64,000 nucleotides of DNA, taken from NCBI RefSeq assembly GCF_036321535.1, contig NC_087437.1:2046001-2110000 (forward strand). The letters are read 5' to 3'. Below the pieces are notes generated by a model. That model worked only from the letters and a program-made list of their open reading frames with translations, was not told the origin of the DNA and searched no databases. Below are positions 38,832-53,617 of the stretch, piece after piece (within the stretch, counting starts at the first letter, position 1; every line of letters begins with the position of its first letter). The position numbers were made by a program, and so were the translations under genes. Source of the stretch: Camelus dromedarius (lineage: Eukaryota).

Positions 38832-41800
38832 GCCTTCTCCTCTTCCTCAAAGAGCTAGATAGTTATATAGACACACTAAAATTCTACTCCAACAGACAGA
38901 ATTTTAAATGACACACTATCTTACTGCTATGCCTCCCCACATAGATAGATAGCTAGCCAGATCGATAGAGAGGCAGGCAAATAGAGAGTCATACTAGTCG
39001 CCTCCTCCTCCGTTGGAGAGACAGACAGACACACACATAGTCTAGCTTCAACCATCCTCCAATAGATAGTCATTCAGGCAAGCAGTCAAACAGACAGACA
39101 CACCAGAGGCGGGGTGCCGTCTGCCTACCTGGTTCGGCGGCGGGGCCCGGGGAAGAGGGTGCCCCTGGTGAACCAGAGGATTTTCTCCCATGTCCCTAGC
39201 TGCCTTGCCTCTGGGCGGCCTCCGCTAACCCAAGTTCGCCGGACGCAAGCCTTTGAAGTCAGCCTGCTCCTGGGAGCCGGCGAGGTAAGGACAGGGGAAG
39301 TGGTCAGCGGCAGACACGGAGGCGGCCCAGAACGCAAGAGGGATGCCTCGGCGAGTCGGTCATTTTCCTACCATCCCCCCTCTCCTGGCCTCGGGGCGGC
39401 CTCTGCTACCGCAGGTGTGCGGCAATTAATTCTCCTTGTCAGCCAGGTCCTGGGAGTCTGTCCAGGTGAGCCCAAGGGACACGGACGTCGCGGGGAGCGG
39501 ACTGCCTCGGGTTAGCCGATCAGTTTGCTCCCATCCCCACAAGCGCCTGGCCTGGGGGCGGCCTGTCCTGCGCCAGGTTCAGAGTATGCACGTTTCCAGC
39601 TCAGCCAGCCCACCCGAGGCCGGCGCGCTGTGATCAGGGTCTGCAATGAGAAGTCGGGGCTGACTCACCGAGCCCGTGTATTTGTTCAGATCTCCCTCTT
39701 GGCTGGTCCTGGGCTAGGCCTCTACTACCCTAGGTCCACGAGGTGCTCATCTCTGTGTTTTTCAGCTCCGGGGAAGCCAGTGCGGGGTGGTCAGGGGGCG
39801 GGGAGGGGGCGGGGCGGGGGCGGGGCGGGGGCAGCTACAGAGAGGGCTGAAGCGGGATGCACGGGCTGCCCAGGCAAGCCTGCGGAATTCCATCCAGTGT
39901 CCCCCTCGGCCTGCAATGCGGGCGCCCTCTGCTGCTTCAGGGTGGCAATTGGCATCCCTCCAGGTGGGTCGAGTACTGGGAGGCTTCCTCCTTTAGACAG
40001 ACAGAGAGACAAATAAAGAGACAGACAGACACACTAGCCTCTTCATCCATTGAGAAACAGCCGTATATCCTAACCTCCTCCTCCTCATTCATTATATAGG
40101 TAGACAGATACATATATAGACAGACACACACACACACATACACACACTAGCCTCTTCCTACTCCTCAATTAAGTAGGTAGAGAGACACACTAATCTCCTC
40201 CTCCTTTAGATAATACATAGACAAACTTAATACATTTTTCTCCTCCTCCATTAGATAGATGGAAAGTGAGATTGACCGATACACCCAGTAGCCGCTACCT
40301 TCTCCTGTTAGAGATACCGAGAGATAGCCAGACACATGGGATTATTTCTTCTTCTCCATTTGATATAGATAGAGACACACTCACAGACACACAGACAGAC
40401 AGACACACTACTCTTCTCCTGCTCTGACAGACAGAGAGATAGACACTCTAGCCTCCTCCTTCTTCTCGAATACATACAGCTGCATAGATAGATATCTCCT
40501 ATATAGACAGACAGACTTACTAGCTTACTCCTCGTCCATTCGATGCACACATAGACTGTTAGACAGACACAGTAGCCTCTTCCCCTCTTTGTTACACATA
40601 CTTTGATAAAGAGACCCGCACGCACACACACACACACATACACACAGGCTAGCATCCTCCTCTTCCTCAAGTAGGTAGATAGGGAGATAGAAACACTAAA
40701 TTCCTGCTCCGACAGACACACAAATAAAAAGACACACTTGCCTACTGCTGTGCCTGAACTACATAGGTCGATTTTTACACAGATTGATAGATACACAGAT
40801 AGATAGAGAGATAGATAGGTAGAGAGGCAGGCAAATGGAGAGACATAATTTTCGCCTCCTCCTCCAGTAGATATATAGACAGACACACACAATAGTCTAG
40901 CCTCTCGCATCCTCCAATAGATAGACAATCAGCCAGGCAGTCAGACAGACTGACACACGTGAGGCGCTGTGCAGTTTGGGGTTGGGTTTCAGCGGCGTCC
41001 ACCGGGGACAGTTGTGCCCCTGGCGAGTCATAGGATTTTATCCCATGTCCCTAGCTGCCTTGCCTGCGGGCGGCCCCCGCTCCCCCAAATTCGACGAACT
41101 GAAGCTTTCAAGTTAGCCTGCTCGTGGCAGCAGGCGTTGTAAGGAAAGTGGAAGAGGTCAGCGGCAGCTCCGGAAGCGGCAGAGCATCTAAGGGGGATGC
41201 CTTGGCGAATCGGTCATTTTCCTCCCATTTCCCCCTCTCCTGGCCTCGGGGCAGCCTCGCTACCGCAGGAGTGCGGGATTTCGTTGTCCTTCTCAGCCAG
41301 GTCCTAGGAAGCTGTCGAGGTGTGCTCAGGGAACAGGGATTTTACTTCTAGAGGACTGCCTCGGGTGAGCCGATCAGTTTGCTCCCATCTCCAAAAGCGC
41401 CTGGCCTGGGGGCGGCCTCTCCTTCCCCAGGTTCCCAGTATGCATGTTTCCAGCTCAGCCTGTGCCCTTAGGCAGGCGCGGTGTTCTTAGGGGCTGCATT
41501 GAGGAGGCGGGGCTGCTCCACCGAGCCCGTGTATTTGCACAGATCTCCCCGTTGACCGGTCCTAGGGTTGGTCTCTGCTACCCTAGTTACACGATGTACA
41601 CATCTCGGTGTTTTCCGGCTCCCGGGAGGCAAGTGCGGGGTGGTCAGGGGGCGGGGTGGGGGGTTGGAGTGGCGGTGGCGCCTACACAGAGGGAAGAAGA
41701 GGGATGCACGGGCTGTCCAGGGAAGCCTGTGGATTTCCATCCAGTGTCCCCCTCGGCGTGCAATAAGGGCGCCCTCTGCTGCTTCAGGGTGGGATTTGGC

Positions 41801-42494
41801 AACCCTCCAGCTGGGCCTAATAAAGGGAGGCTTCCTCCATTAGAGAGAGAGACATAAAATAGACAGACAGACACACTAGCCTCTTCCTCCATTTAGAAAC
41901 ACCCATATGTCTTAACCTTCTCCTCCTAATCCATTATATAGGTAGACAGATACATACATAGACAGACAGACAGACAGACACACACACACACACAAACCCA
42001 AACCCACACACAACCTTCCCTCCTACCAGTCCTCAATTAAGTAGGTAGAGAGACACACTAATCGCCTTCTCCATTAGATAATAAACAGACAAACGGTATA
42101 GACTATTTCTACTCCTCATTTAGATAGATGGAATGTGAGACTGACGCATTCACACACTAGCCTCTACCTTCTCCTGTTAGAGAGACAGACAGATAGCCAG
42201 ACTCATGAAATCCTCCATCTTCTCCATTAGATATACATAGAGAAATCTCTAAGATGCACAGTGAGACAAACACTAGTCTTCTCCTCCTCTGACAGGCCGA
42301 GGGATAGATAATCAAGCCTCCTCATTCTTTTCCATTAGGTATAGTTACATACATACATATCTGATAATAGACAGCCAGACAGACATACTAGCCTACTCTT
42401 CCTCCATCAGATACATACATAGACTGATAGACAGATACAGTAGGCTCCTCTCCCCCTTTAGATACAGATACATAGATAGACATCCCCACGAGCC

Positions 42495-42535
<41 letters not shown>

Positions 42536-45500
42536 GCCTTCTCCTCTTCCTCAAAGAGCTAGATAGTTATATAGACACACTAAAATTCTACTCCAACAGA
42601 CAGAATTTTAAATGACACACTATCTTACTGCTATGCCTCCCCACATAGATAGATAGCTAGCCAGATCGATAGAGAGGCAGGCAAATAGAGAGTCATACTA
42701 GTCGCCTCCTCCTCCGTTGGAGAGACAGACAGACACACACATAGTCTAGCTTCAACCATCCTCCAATAGATAGTCATTCAGGCAAGCAGTCAAACAGACA
42801 GACACACCAGAGGCGGGGTGCCGTCTGCCTACCTGGTTCGGCGGCGGGGCCCGGGGAAGAGGGTGCCCCTGGTGAACCAGAGGATTTTCTCCCATGTCCC
42901 TAGCTGCCTTGCCTCTGGGCGGCCTCCGCTAACCCAAGTTCGCCGGACGCAAGCCTTTGAAGTCAGCCTGCTCCTGGGAGCCGGCGAGGTAAGGACAGGG
43001 GAAGTGGTCAGCGGCAGACACGGAGGCGGCCCAGAACGCAAGAGGGATGCCTCGGCGAGTCGGTCATTTTCCTACCATCCCCCCTCTCCTGGCCTCGGGG
43101 CGGCCTCTGCTACCGCAGGTGTGCGGCAATTAATTCTCCTTGTCAGCCAGGTCCTGGGAGTCTGTCCAGGTGAGCCCAAGGGACACGGACGTCGCGGGGA
43201 GCGGACTGCCTCGGGTTAGCCGATCAGTTTGCTCCCATCCCCACAAGCGCCTGGCCTGGGGGCGGCCTGTCCTGCGCCAGGTTCAGAGTATGCACGTTTC
43301 CAGCTCAGCCAGCCCACCCGAGGCCGGCGCGCTGTGATCAGGGTCTGCAATGAGAAGTCGGGGCTGACTCACCGAGCCCGTGTATTTGTTCAGATCTCCC
43401 TCTTGGCTGGTCCTGGGCTAGGCCTCTACTACCCTAGGTCCACGAGGTGCTCATCTCTGTGTTTTTCAGCTCCGGGGAAGCCAGTGCGGGGTGGTCAGGG
43501 GGCGGGGAGGGGGCGGGGCGGGGGCGGGGCGGGGGCAGCTACAGAGAGGGCTGAAGCGGGATGCACGGGCTGCCCAGGCAAGCCTGCGGAATTCCATCCA
43601 GTGTCCCCCTCGGCCTGCAATGCGGGCGCCCTCTGCTGCTTCAGGGTGGCAATTGGCATCCCTCCAGGTGGGTCGAGTACTGGGAGGCTTCCTCCTTTAG
43701 ACAGACAGAGAGACAAATAAAGAGACAGACAGACACACTAGCCTCTTCATCCATTGAGAAACAGCCGTATATCCTAACCTCCTCCTCCTCATTCATTATA
43801 TAGGTAGACAGATACATATATAGACAGACACACACACACACATACACACACTAGCCTCTTCCTACTCCTCAATTAAGTAGGTAGAGAGACACACTAATCT
43901 CCTCCTCCTTTAGATAATACATAGACAAACTTAATACATTTTTCTCCTCCTCCATTAGATAGATGGAAAGTGAGATTGACCGATACACCCAGTAGCCGCT
44001 ACCTTCTCCTGTTAGAGATACCGAGAGATAGCCAGACACATGGGATTATTTCTTCTTCTCCATTTGATATAGATAGAGACACACTCACAGACACACAGAC
44101 AGACAGACACACTACTCTTCTCCTGCTCTGACAGACAGAGAGATAGACACTCTAGCCTCCTCCTTCTTCTCGAATACATACAGCTGCATAGATAGATATC
44201 TCCTATATAGACAGACAGACTTACTAGCTTACTCCTCGTCCATTCGATGCACACATAGACTGTTAGACAGACACAGTAGCCTCTTCCCCTCTTTGTTACA
44301 CATACTTTGATAAAGAGACCCGCACGCACACACACACACACATACACACAGGCTAGCATCCTCCTCTTCCTCAAGTAGGTAGATAGGGAGATAGAAACAC
44401 TAAATTCCTGCTCCGACAGACACACAAATAAAAAGACACACTTGCCTACTGCTGTGCCTGAACTACATAGGTCGATTTTTACACAGATTGATAGATACAC
44501 AGATAGATAGAGAGATAGATAGGTAGAGAGGCAGGCAAATGGAGAGACATAATTTTCGCCTCCTCCTCCAGTAGATATATAGACAGACACACACATAGTC
44601 TAGCCTCTCGCATCCTCCAATAGATAGACAATCAGCCAGGCAGTCAGACAGACTGACACACGTGAGGCGCTGTGCAGTTTGGGGTTGGGTTTCAGCGGCG
44701 TCCACCGTGGACAGTTGTGCCCCTGGCGAGTCATAGGATTTTATCCCATGTCCCTAGCTGCCTTGCCTGCGGGCGGCCCCCGCTCCCCCAAATTCGACGG
44801 ACTGAAGCTTTCAAGTTAGCCTGCTCGTGGCAGCAGGCGTTGTAAGGAAAGTGGAAGAGGTGAGCGGCAGCTCCGGAAGCGGCAGAGCATCTAAGGGGGA
44901 TGCCTCGGCGAATCGGTCATTTTCCTCCCATTTCCCCCTCTCCTGGCCTCGGGGCAGCCTCTGCTACCCCAGGAGTGCGGGATTTCGTTGTCCTTGTCAG
45001 CCAGGTCCTAGGAAGCTGTCGAGGTGTGCTCAGGGAACAGGGATGTCGCTTCTAGAGGACTGCCTCGGGTGAGCCGATCAGTTTGCTCCCATCTCCACAA
45101 GCGCCTGGCCTGGGGGCGGCCTCTCCTTCCCCAGGTTCCCAGTATGCATGTTTCCAGCTCAGCCTGTGCCCTTAGGCAGGCGCGGTGTTCTTAGGGGCTG
45201 CATTGAGGAGGCGGGGCTGCTCCACCGAGCCCGTGTATTTGCACAGATCTCCCCGTTGACCGGTCCTAGGGTTGGTCTCTGCTACCCTAGGTACACGATG
45301 TACACATCTCGTTGTTTTCCGGCCCCCGGGAGGCAAGTGCGGGGTGGTCAGGGGGCGGGGGGGGGGGTGGCGTTGGCGCCTACACAGAGGGAGGAAGAGG
45401 GATGCACGGGCTGTCCAGGGAAGCCTGTGGATTTCCATCCAGTGTCCCCCTCGGCGTGCAATGATGGCACCCTCTGCTGCTTCAGGGTGACAATTGGCAT

Positions 45501-48033
45501 CCCTCCAGCTGGGCCTAATAAAGGGAGGCTTCCTCCATTAGACAGACAGAGAGACATATAAAGAGACAGACACACTAGCCTCTTCATCCATTGAGAAACA
45601 GCCGTATATCCTAACCTCCTCCTCCTCATTCATTATATAGGTAGGCAGATACATATATAGACAGACACACACACACACATACACACACTAGCCTCTTCCT
45701 ACTCCTCAATTATGTAGGTAGAGAGACACACTAATCTCCTCCTCCATTAGATAATACATAGACAAACTTAATACATTTTTCTCCTCCTCCATTAGATAGA
45801 TGGAAAGTGAGATTGACCGATACACCCAGTAGCCGCTACCTTCTCCTGTTAGAGATACCGAGAGATAGCCAGACACATGGGATTATTTCTTCTTCTCCAT
45901 TTGATATAGATAGAGACACACTCACAGACACACAGACAGACAGACACACTACTCTTCTCCTGCTCTGACAGACAGAGAGATAGACACTCTAGCCTCCTCC
46001 TTCTTCTCGAATACATACAGCTGCATAGATAGATATCTCCTATATAGACAGACAGACTTACTAGCTTACTCCTCGTCCATTCGATGCACACATAGACTGT
46101 TAGACAGACACAGTAGCCTCTTCCCCTCTTTGTTACACATACTTTGATAAAGAGACCCGCACGCACACACACACACACATACACACAGGCTAGCATCCTC
46201 CTCTTCCTCAAGTAGGTAGATAGGGAGATAGAAACACTAAATTCCTGCTCCGACAGACACACAAATAAAAAGACACACTTGCCTACTGCTGTGCCTGAAC
46301 TACATAGGTCGATTTTTACACAGATTGATAGATACACAGATAGATAGAGAGATAGATAGGTAGAGAGGCAGGCAAATGGAGAGACATAATTTTCGCCTCC
46401 TCCTCCAGTAGATATATAGACAGACACACACATAGTCTAGCCTCTCGCATCCTCCAATAGATAGACAATCAGCCAGGCAGTCAGACAGACTGACACACGT
46501 GAGGCGCTGTGCAGTTTGGGGTTGGGTTTCAGCGGCGTCCACCGGGGACAGTTGTGCCCCTGGCGAGTCATAGGATTTTATCCCATGTCCCTAGCTGCCT
46601 TGCCTGCGGGCGGCCCCCGCTCCCCCAAATTCGACGAACTGAAGCTTTCAAGTTAGCCTGCTCGTGGCAGCAGGCGTTGTAAGGAAAGTGGAAGAGGTCA
46701 GCGGCAGCTCCGGAAGCGGCAGAGCATCTAAGGGGGATGCCTTGGCGAATCGGTCATTTTCCTCCCATTTCCCCCTCTCCTGGCCTCGGGGCAGCCTCTG
46801 CTACCGCAGGAGTGCGGGATTTCGTTGTCCTTCTCAGCCAGGTCCTAGGAAGCTGTCGAGGTGTGCTCAGGGAACAGGGATTTTACTTCTAGAGGACTGC
46901 CTCGGGTGAGCCGATCAGTTTGCTCCCATCTCCAAAAGCGCCTGGCCTGGGGGCGGCCTCTCCTTCCCCAGGTTCCCAGTATGCATGTTTCCAGCTCAGC
47001 CTGTGCCCTTAGGCAGGCGCGGTGTTCTTAGGGGCTGCATTGAGGAGGCGGGGCTGCTCCACCGAGCCCGTGTATTTGCACAGATCTCCCCGTTGACCGG
47101 TCCTAGGGTTGGTCTCTGCTACCCTAGTTACACGATGTACACATCTCGGTGTTTTCCGGCTCCCGGGAGGCAAGTGCGGGGTGGTCAGGGGGCGGGGTGG
47201 GGGGTTGGAGTGGCGGTGGCGCCTACACAGAGGGAAGAAGAGGGATGCACGGGCTGTCCAGGGAAGCCTGTGGATTTCCATCCAGTGTCCCCCTCGGCGT
47301 GCAATAAGGGCGCCCTCTGCTGCTTCAGGGTGGGATTTGGCAACCCTCCAGCTGGGCCTAATAAAGGGAGGCTTCCTCCATTAGAGAGAGAGACATAAAA
47401 TAGACAGACAGACACACTAGCCTCTTCCTCCATTTAGAAACACCCATATGTCTTAACCTTCTCCTCCTAATCCATTATATAGGTAGACAGATACATACAT
47501 AGACAGACAGACAGACAGACACACACACACACACAAACCCAAACCCACACACAACCTTCCCTCCTACCAGTCCTCAATTAAGTAGGTAGAGAGACACACT
47601 AATCGCCTTCTCCATTAGATAATAAACAGACAAACGGTATAGACTATTTCTACTCCTCATTTAGATAGATGGAATGTGAGACTGACGCATTCACACACTA
47701 GCCTCTACCTTCTCCTGTTAGAGAGACAGACAGATAGCCAGACTCATGAAATCCTCCATCTTCTCCATTAGATATACATAGAGAAATCTCTAAGATGCAC
47801 AGTGAGACAAACACTAGTCTTCTCCTCCTCTGACAGGCCGAGGGATAGATAATCAAGCCTCCTCATTCTTTTCCATTAGGTATAGTTACATACATACATA
47901 TCTGATAATAGACAGCCAGACAGACATACTAGCCTACTCTTCCTCCATCAGATACATACATAGACTGATAGACAGATACAGTAGGCTCCTCCCCCTTTAG
48001 ATACAGATACATAGATAGACATCCCCACGAGCC

Positions 48034-48074
<41 letters not shown>

Positions 48075-51000
48075 GCCTTCTCCTCTTCCTCAAAGAGCTA
48101 GATAGTTATATAGACACACTAAAATTCTACTCCAACAGACAGAATTTTAAATGACACACTATCTTACTGCTATGCCTCCCCACATAGATAGATAGCTAGC
48201 CAGATCGATAGAGAGGCAGGCAAATAGAGAGTCATACTAGTCGCCTCCTCCTCCGTTGGAGAGACAGACAGACACACACATAGTCTAGCTTCAACCATCC
48301 TCCAATAGATAGTCATTCAGGCAAGCAGTCAAACAGACAGACACACCAGAGGCGGGGTGCCGTCTGCCTACCTGGTTCGGCGGCGGGGCCCGGGGAAGAG
48401 GGTGCCCCTGGTGAACCAGAGGATTTTCTCCCATGTCCCTAGCTGCCTTGCCTCTGGGCGGCCTCCGCTAACCCAAGTTCGCCGGACGCAAGCCTTTGAA
48501 GTCAGCCTGCTCCTGGGAGCCGGCGAGGTAAGGACAGGGGAAGTGGTCAGCGGCAGACACGGAGGCGGCCCAGAACGCAAGAGGGATGCCTCGGCGAGTC
48601 GGTCATTTTCCTACCATCCCCCCTCTCCTGGCCTCGGGGCGGCCTCTGCTACCGCAGGTGTGCGGCAATTAATTCTCCTTGTCAGCCAGGTCCTGGGAGT
48701 CTGTCCAGGTGAGCCCAAGGGACACGGACGTCGCGGGGAGCGGACTGCCTCGGGTTAGCCGATCAGTTTGCTCCCATCCCCACAAGCGCCTGGCCTGGGG
48801 GCGGCCTGTCCTGCGCCAGGTTCAGAGTATGCACGTTTCCAGCTCAGCCAGCCCACCCGAGGCCGGCGCGCTGTGATCAGGGTCTGCAATGAGAAGTCGG
48901 GGCTGACTCACCGAGCCCGTGTATTTGTTCAGATCTCCCTCTTGGCTGGTCCTGGGCTAGGCCTCTACTACCCTAGGTCCACGAGGTGCTCATCTCTGTG
49001 TTTTTCAGCTCCGGGGAAGCCAGTGCGGGGTGGTCAGGGGGCGGGGAGGGGGCGGGGCGGGGGCGGGGCGGGGGCAGCTACAGAGAGGGCTGAAGCGGGA
49101 TGCACGGGCTGCCCAGGCAAGCCTGCGGAATTCCATCCAGTGTCCCCCTCGGCCTGCAATGCGGGCGCCCTCTGCTGCTTCAGGGTGGCAATTGGCATCC
49201 CTCCAGGTGGGTCGAGTACTGGGAGGCTTCCTCCTTTAGACAGACAGAGAGACAAATAAAGAGACAGACAGACACACTAGCCTCTTCATCCATTGAGAAA
49301 CAGCCGTATATCCTAACCTCCTCCTCCTCATTCATTATATAGGTAGACAGATACATATATAGACAGACACACACACACACATACACACACTAGCCTCTTC
49401 CTACTCCTCAATTAAGTAGGTAGAGAGACACACTAATCTCCTCCTCCTTTAGATAATACATAGACAAACTTAATACATTTTTCTCCTCCTCCATTAGATA
49501 GATGGAAAGTGAGATTGACCGATACACCCAGTAGCCGCTACCTTCTCCTGTTAGAGATACCGAGAGATAGCCAGACACATGGGATTATTTCTTCTTCTCC
49601 ATTTGATATAGATAGAGACACACTCACAGACACACAGACAGACAGACACACTACTCTTCTCCTGCTCTGACAGACAGAGAGATAGACACTCTAGCCTCCT
49701 CCTTCTTCTCGAATACATACAGCTGCATAGATAGATATCTCCTATATAGACAGACAGACTTACTAGCTTACTCCTCGTCCATTCGATGCACACATAGACT
49801 GTTAGACAGACACAGTAGCCTCTTCCCCTCTTTGTTACACATACTTTGATAAAGAGACCCGCACGCACACACACACACACATACACACAGGCTAGCATCC
49901 TCCTCTTCCTCAAGTAGGTAGATAGGGAGATAGAAACACTAAATTCCTGCTCCGACAGACACACAAATAAAAAGACACACTTGCCTACTGCTGTGCCTGA
50001 ACTACATAGGTCGATTTTTACACAGATTGATAGATACACAGATAGATAGAGAGATAGATAGGTAGAGAGGCAGGCAAATGGAGAGACATAATTTTCGCCT
50101 CCTCCTCCAGTAGATATATAGACAGACACACACATAGTCTAGCCTCTCGCATCCTCCAATAGATAGACAATCAGCCAGGCAGTCAGACAGACTGACACAC
50201 GTGAGGCGCTGTGCAGTTTGGGGTTGGGTTTCAGCGGCGTCCACCGTGGACAGTTGTGCCCCTGGCGAGTCATAGGATTTTATCCCATGTCCCTAGCTGC
50301 CTTGCCTGCGGGCGGCCCCCGCTCCCCCAAATTCGACGGACTGAAGCTTTCAAGTTAGCCTGCTCGTGGCAGCAGGCGTTGTAAGGAAAGTGGAAGAGGT
50401 GAGCGGCAGCTCCGGAAGCGGCAGAGCATCTAAGGGGGATGCCTCGGCGAATCGGTCATTTTCCTCCCATTTCCCCCTCTCCTGGCCTCGGGGCAGCCTC
50501 TGCTACCCCAGGAGTGCGGGATTTCGTTGTCCTTGTCAGCCAGGTCCTAGGAAGCTGTCGAGGTGTGCTCAGGGAACAGGGATGTCGCTTCTAGAGGACT
50601 GCCTCGGGTGAGCCGATCAGTTTGCTCCCATCTCCACAAGCGCCTGGCCTGGGGGCGGCCTCTCCTTCCCCAGGTTCCCAGTATGCATGTTTCCAGCTCA
50701 GCCTGTGCCCTTAGGCAGGCGCGGTGTTCTTAGGGGCTGCATTGAGGAGGCGGGGCTGCTCCACCGAGCCCGTGTATTTGCACAGATCTCCCCGTTGACC
50801 GGTCCTAGGGTTGGTCTCTGCTACCCTAGGTACACGATGTACACATCTCGTTGTTTTCCGGCCCCCGGGAGGCAAGTGCGGGGTGGTCAGGGGGCGGGGG
50901 GGGGGGTGGCGTTGGCGCCTACACAGAGGGAGGAAGAGGGATGCACGGGCTGTCCAGGGAAGCCTGTGGATTTCCATCCAGTGTCCCCCTCGGCGTGCAA

Positions 51001-53576
51001 TGATGGCACCCTCTGCTGCTTCAGGGTGACAATTGGCATCCCTCCAGCTGGGCCTAATAAAGGGAGGCTTCCTCCATTAGACAGACAGAGAGACATATAA
51101 AGAGACAGACAGACACACTAGCCTCTTCATCCATTGAGAAACAGCCGTATATCCTAACCTCCTCCTCCTCATTCATTATATAGGTAGGCAGATACATATA
51201 TAGACAGACACACACACACACATACACACACTAGCCTCTTCCTACTCCTCAATTATGTAGGTAGAGAGACACACTAATCTCCTCCTCCATTAGATAATAC
51301 ATAGACAAACTTAATACATTTTTCTCCTCCTCCATTAGATAGATGGAAAGTGAGATTGACCGATACACCCAGTAGCCGCTACCTTCTCCTGTTAGAGATA
51401 CCGAGAGATAGCCAGACACATGGGATTATTTCTTCTTCTCCATTTGATATAGATAGAGACACACTCACAGACACACAGACAGACAGACACACTACTCTTC
51501 TCCTGCTCTGACAGACAGAGAGATAGACACTCTAGCCTCCTCCTTCTTCTCGAATACATACAGCTGCATAGATAGATATCTCCTATATAGACAGACAGAC
51601 TTACTAGCTTACTCCTCGTCCATTCGATGCACACATAGACTGTTAGACAGACACAGTAGCCTCTTCCCCTCTTTGTTACACATACTTTGATAAAGAGACC
51701 CGCACGCACACACACACACACATACACACAGGCTAGCATCCTCCTCTTCCTCAAGTAGGTAGATAGGGAGATAGAAACACTAAATTCCTGCTCCGACAGA
51801 CACACAAATAAAAAGACACACTTGCCTACTGCTGTGCCTGAACTACATAGGTCGATTTTTACACAGATTGATAGATACACAGATAGATAGAGAGATAGAT
51901 AGGTAGAGAGGCAGGCAAATGGAGAGACATAATTTTCGCCTCCTCCTCCAGTAGATATATAGACAGACACACACATAGTCTAGCCTCTCGCATCCTCCAA
52001 TAGATAGACAATCAGCCAGGCAGTCAGACAGACTGACACACGTGAGGCGCTGTGCAGTTTGGGGTTGGGTTTCAGCGGCGTCCACCGGGGACAGTTGTGC
52101 CCCTGGCGAGTCATAGGATTTTATCCCATGTCCCTAGCTGCCTTGCCTGCGGGCGGCCCCCGCTCCCCCAAATTCGACGAACTGAAGCTTTCAAGTTAGC
52201 CTGCTCGTGGCAGCAGGCGTTGTAAGGAAAGTGGAAGAGGTCAGCGGCAGCTCCGGAAGCGGCAGAGCATCTAAGGGGGATGCCTTGGCGAATCGGTCAT
52301 TTTCCTCCCATTTCCCCCTCTCCTGGCCTCGGGGCAGCCTCTGCTACCGCAGGAGTGCGGGATTTCGTTGTCCTTCTCAGCCAGGTCCTAGGAAGCTGTC
52401 GAGGTGTGCTCAGGGAACAGGGATTTTACTTCTAGAGGACTGCCTCGGGTGAGCCGATCAGTTTGCTCCCATCTCCAAAAGCGCCTGGCCTGGGGGCGGC
52501 CTCTCCTTCCCCAGGTTCCCAGTATGCATGTTTCCAGCTCAGCCTGTGCCCTTAGGCAGGCGCGGTGTTCTTAGGGGCTGCATTGAGGAGGCGGGGCTGC
52601 TCCACCGAGCCCGTGTATTTGCACAGATCTCCCCGTTGACCGGTCCTAGGGTTGGTCTCTGCTACCCTAGTTACACGATGTACACATCTCGGTGTTTTCC
52701 GGCTCCCGGGAGGCAAGTGCGGGGTGGTCAGGGGGCGGGGTGGGGGGTTGGAGTGGCGGTGGCGCCTACACAGAGGGAAGAAGAGGGATGCACGGGCTGT
52801 CCAGGGAAGCCTGTGGATTTCCATCCAGTGTCCCCCTCGGCGTGCAATAAGGGCGCCCTCTGCTGCTTCAGGGTGGGATTTGGCAACCCTCCAGCTGGGC
52901 CTAATAAAGGGAGGCTTCCTCCATTAGAGAGAGAGACATAAAATAGACAGACAGACACACTAGCCTCTTCCTCCATTTAGAAACACCCATATGTCTTAAC
53001 CTTCTCCTCCTAATCCATTATATAGGTAGACAGATACATACATAGACAGACAGACAGACAGACACACACACACACACAAACCCAAACCCACACACAACCT
53101 TCCCTCCTACCAGTCCTCAATTAAGTAGGTAGAGAGACACACTAATCGCCTTCTCCATTAGATAATAAACAGACAAACGGTATAGACTATTTCTACTCCT
53201 CATTTAGATAGATGGAATGTGAGACTGACGCATTCACACACTAGCCTCTACCTTCTCCTGTTAGAGAGACAGACAGATAGCCAGACTCATGAAATCCTCC
53301 ATCTTCTCCATTAGATATACATAGAGAAATCTCTAAGATGCACAGTGAGACAAACACTAGTCTTCTCCTCCTCTGACAGGCCGAGGGATAGATAATCAAG
53401 CCTCCTCATTCTTTTCCATTAGGTATAGTTACATACATACATATCTGATAATAGACAGCCAGACAGACATACTAGCCTACTCTTCCTCCATCAGATACAT
53501 ACATAGACTGATAGACAGATACAGTAGGCTCCTCCCCCTTTAGATACAGATACATAGATAGACATCCCCACGAGCC

Positions 53577-53617
<41 letters not shown>

